Source: Curvularia clavata
Taxonomy: Eukaryota
Direction: 5' to 3'
Assembly: GCA_023920165.1 (NCBI GenBank)
Contig: CP089279.1
Coordinates: 558,001 to 622,000, forward strand
DNA: 64,000 nucleotides
The first letter of the stretch is position 1; the number at the start of each line of letters is the position of its first letter. The notes under the pieces are model-generated. The model was given only the letters and a program-made list of their open reading frames with translations, ran no database searches and was not told the DNA's origin. The position numbers were made by a program, and so were the translations under genes. Shown piece after piece: positions 62,588 through 64,000 of this stretch.

Positions 62588-64000
62588 ATGCGTCATCTTA
62601 CTATTAGTCAAGCATCGACATGCGTCTTGCTGACGCTGTCTTCACTGCTCACTGTAACTACAGCATGGCCAGCATCAAATCCATACGATTCCCAGTTTGC
62701 AAAGCGTCATGGCTCGAATGATTCTCCACCTCAGAACAGTACAGATGGCGAGCAGCCTTATAACGAAGAATATGATTTCATCATTGCTGGAGGTATGTTT
62801 TCTTCCTCTGACTCCCTTGCACAATGTATACCAATAATTTGCAGGAGGGACAGCTGGGCTCGTATTGGCAAATCGCCTCACTGAGTCTGGTCGCTTTTCT
62901 GTGCTAGTTCTCGAGGCTGGGCCAAATCCAGAGCGAGTGCTGGCATACGAGTCTCCAGGAGGTAACCAATTCATCAAGGGAAGTGCGATCGATTGGGGTC
63001 TCATTACTGAGCCGCAAGTACATTTGAACAATCGCACCCTACAATACCTTCGCGGAAGAGCCCTTGGAGGTTCCAGTGCAACCAATGGTCTTTACTACGC
63101 TCGTGGCTCAGCCAGTGTGTACGACCACTGGGCCAAGCTTGGAAACCCTGGGTGGGCCTGGCACGACGTGTGGCCTCTTTTCAAAAAGAGCACAACGATT
63201 AACTCGCCAACTTCAAACGCAGAGCTCTCAGCCTTTAGCCAAAACTACAAGACTTTTGACGTTAGCGCCTACGGAAATGGACCGCTTCAACTCGGATTCC
63301 AGGGATATGTTCCTCCAGCCACTGAAGCCTTCGTCGTGGCTTGCAGCGAAGCTGCCAGCATCCCTATCGTTCAGGATCTGAACCTTGGAGATAGTCTGGG
63401 TGTTAAGCACGGAACTACGACGATGGATAGCAGACTTCGAAGAAGCTCAAGCTACGATAGCTTCTACAAGCAGGCTCGCGATCGTCCCAACCTCACAGTC
63501 TTGCACGAGTCGCCAGTCACCGGTATTAGACTGAGCAAGCCATCCAGCAATGACGGTTCAACCAATTCCACTAGCAGCCAACCTCGTGCCGTCGGCGTCA
63601 ACTACGTCCACCACGCCACCGGCTTCGTCAACATAGCTCGTGCCCGGAAGGAAGTCATCATCAGTATGGGGGCCTTCCACTCTCCACAGCTCCTCATGAC
63701 CTCCGGCATCGGCCCTGAAGCTGAGCTCAAGAAATTCGGCATCACGCCCGTCGTGGTCAATGAGAACATAGGACAACATCTCAACGACCACTCCGTCTTC
63801 TCCATCATGGCGCGAGCTCAAGCCTCAGCCTCAACAACAGACATGTCTCGCGGCACTGAAAACCTACGTGCGGCTCAAGAAGCATTCTACCAGAACCTCA
63901 CAGGCCAGTACACTGCTCCTTCAGGTGTCACCAACGGCTTCCAGAAGTTCAGCGAGCAAGAGCTGCGCGACATCGGTGCTCAAGCTGTTATCGACGCTGG
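62588..64000 (+). CDS. Secreted GMC oxidoreductase (AA3_2-like), 3' end outside the window; exons 62588-62792, 62845->64000
   Basis: Signal peptide, YDFIIAG|GGTAGLVLANRLTE..VLVLEAG, RGRALGGSSATNG, ARKEVIISMGAFHSPQLLMTSGIGP and IGQHLNDH. Confidence 0.93.

Noticed and set aside
22894..64000. AA9, GH10 and AA3 as a CAZyme cluster
   Set aside because: They are separated by many unrelated housekeeping genes. No real clustering.
1..64000. tRNA, rRNA, CRISPR array or intact transposon
   Set aside because: No cloverleaf, rRNA, repeat-spacer, LTR/TIR or transposase signature seen by eye. tRNAscan-SE and RepeatMasker would be needed to exclude them.

Overview
Gene-dense euchromatic DNA from a filamentous ascomycete (probably a Dothideomycete/Pleosporales; this is inference), with GT-AG introns and CTRAC branch points. 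About 22 protein-coding genes can be rebuilt by hand. In order: CNBP/Gis2 zinc-knuckle protein, CENP-C/Mif2, Myb transcription factor, tubulin cofactor B (TBCB), a head-to-head dihydropyrimidinase/ureidopropionase pair, AA9 LPMO, RecJ-like DHH protein, GH85 ENGase, ERD2, BLCAP/BC10, M1 aminopeptidase, FAD monooxygenase, PX-associated protein, several hypotheticals, peroxisomal acyl-CoA dehydrogenase, GH10 xylanase, MYND protein, a small repeat protein, and a GMC oxidoreductase cut by the window end. I found no tRNA, rRNA, CRISPR array or intact transposon. The most unusual signals are post-transcriptional. (1) Three introns of 558-1130 nt, rich in inverted repeats, sit in two chromosome-segregation genes (CENP-C and TBCB), whereas all other introns here are about 48-173 nt. 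(2) Two genes appear to start at CUG in strong context: the Myb factor and a mitochondrial-type extension of the aminopeptidase. At protein level the notable items are a RecJ-like nuclease with NLS, mitochondrial and PIP-like signals, a MYND plus transglutaminase-like fusion, a PAM2 plus BTB-like protein, and an unrecognised GAEQDRY repeat. All gene models and RNA stems were read by eye and need computational confirmation.
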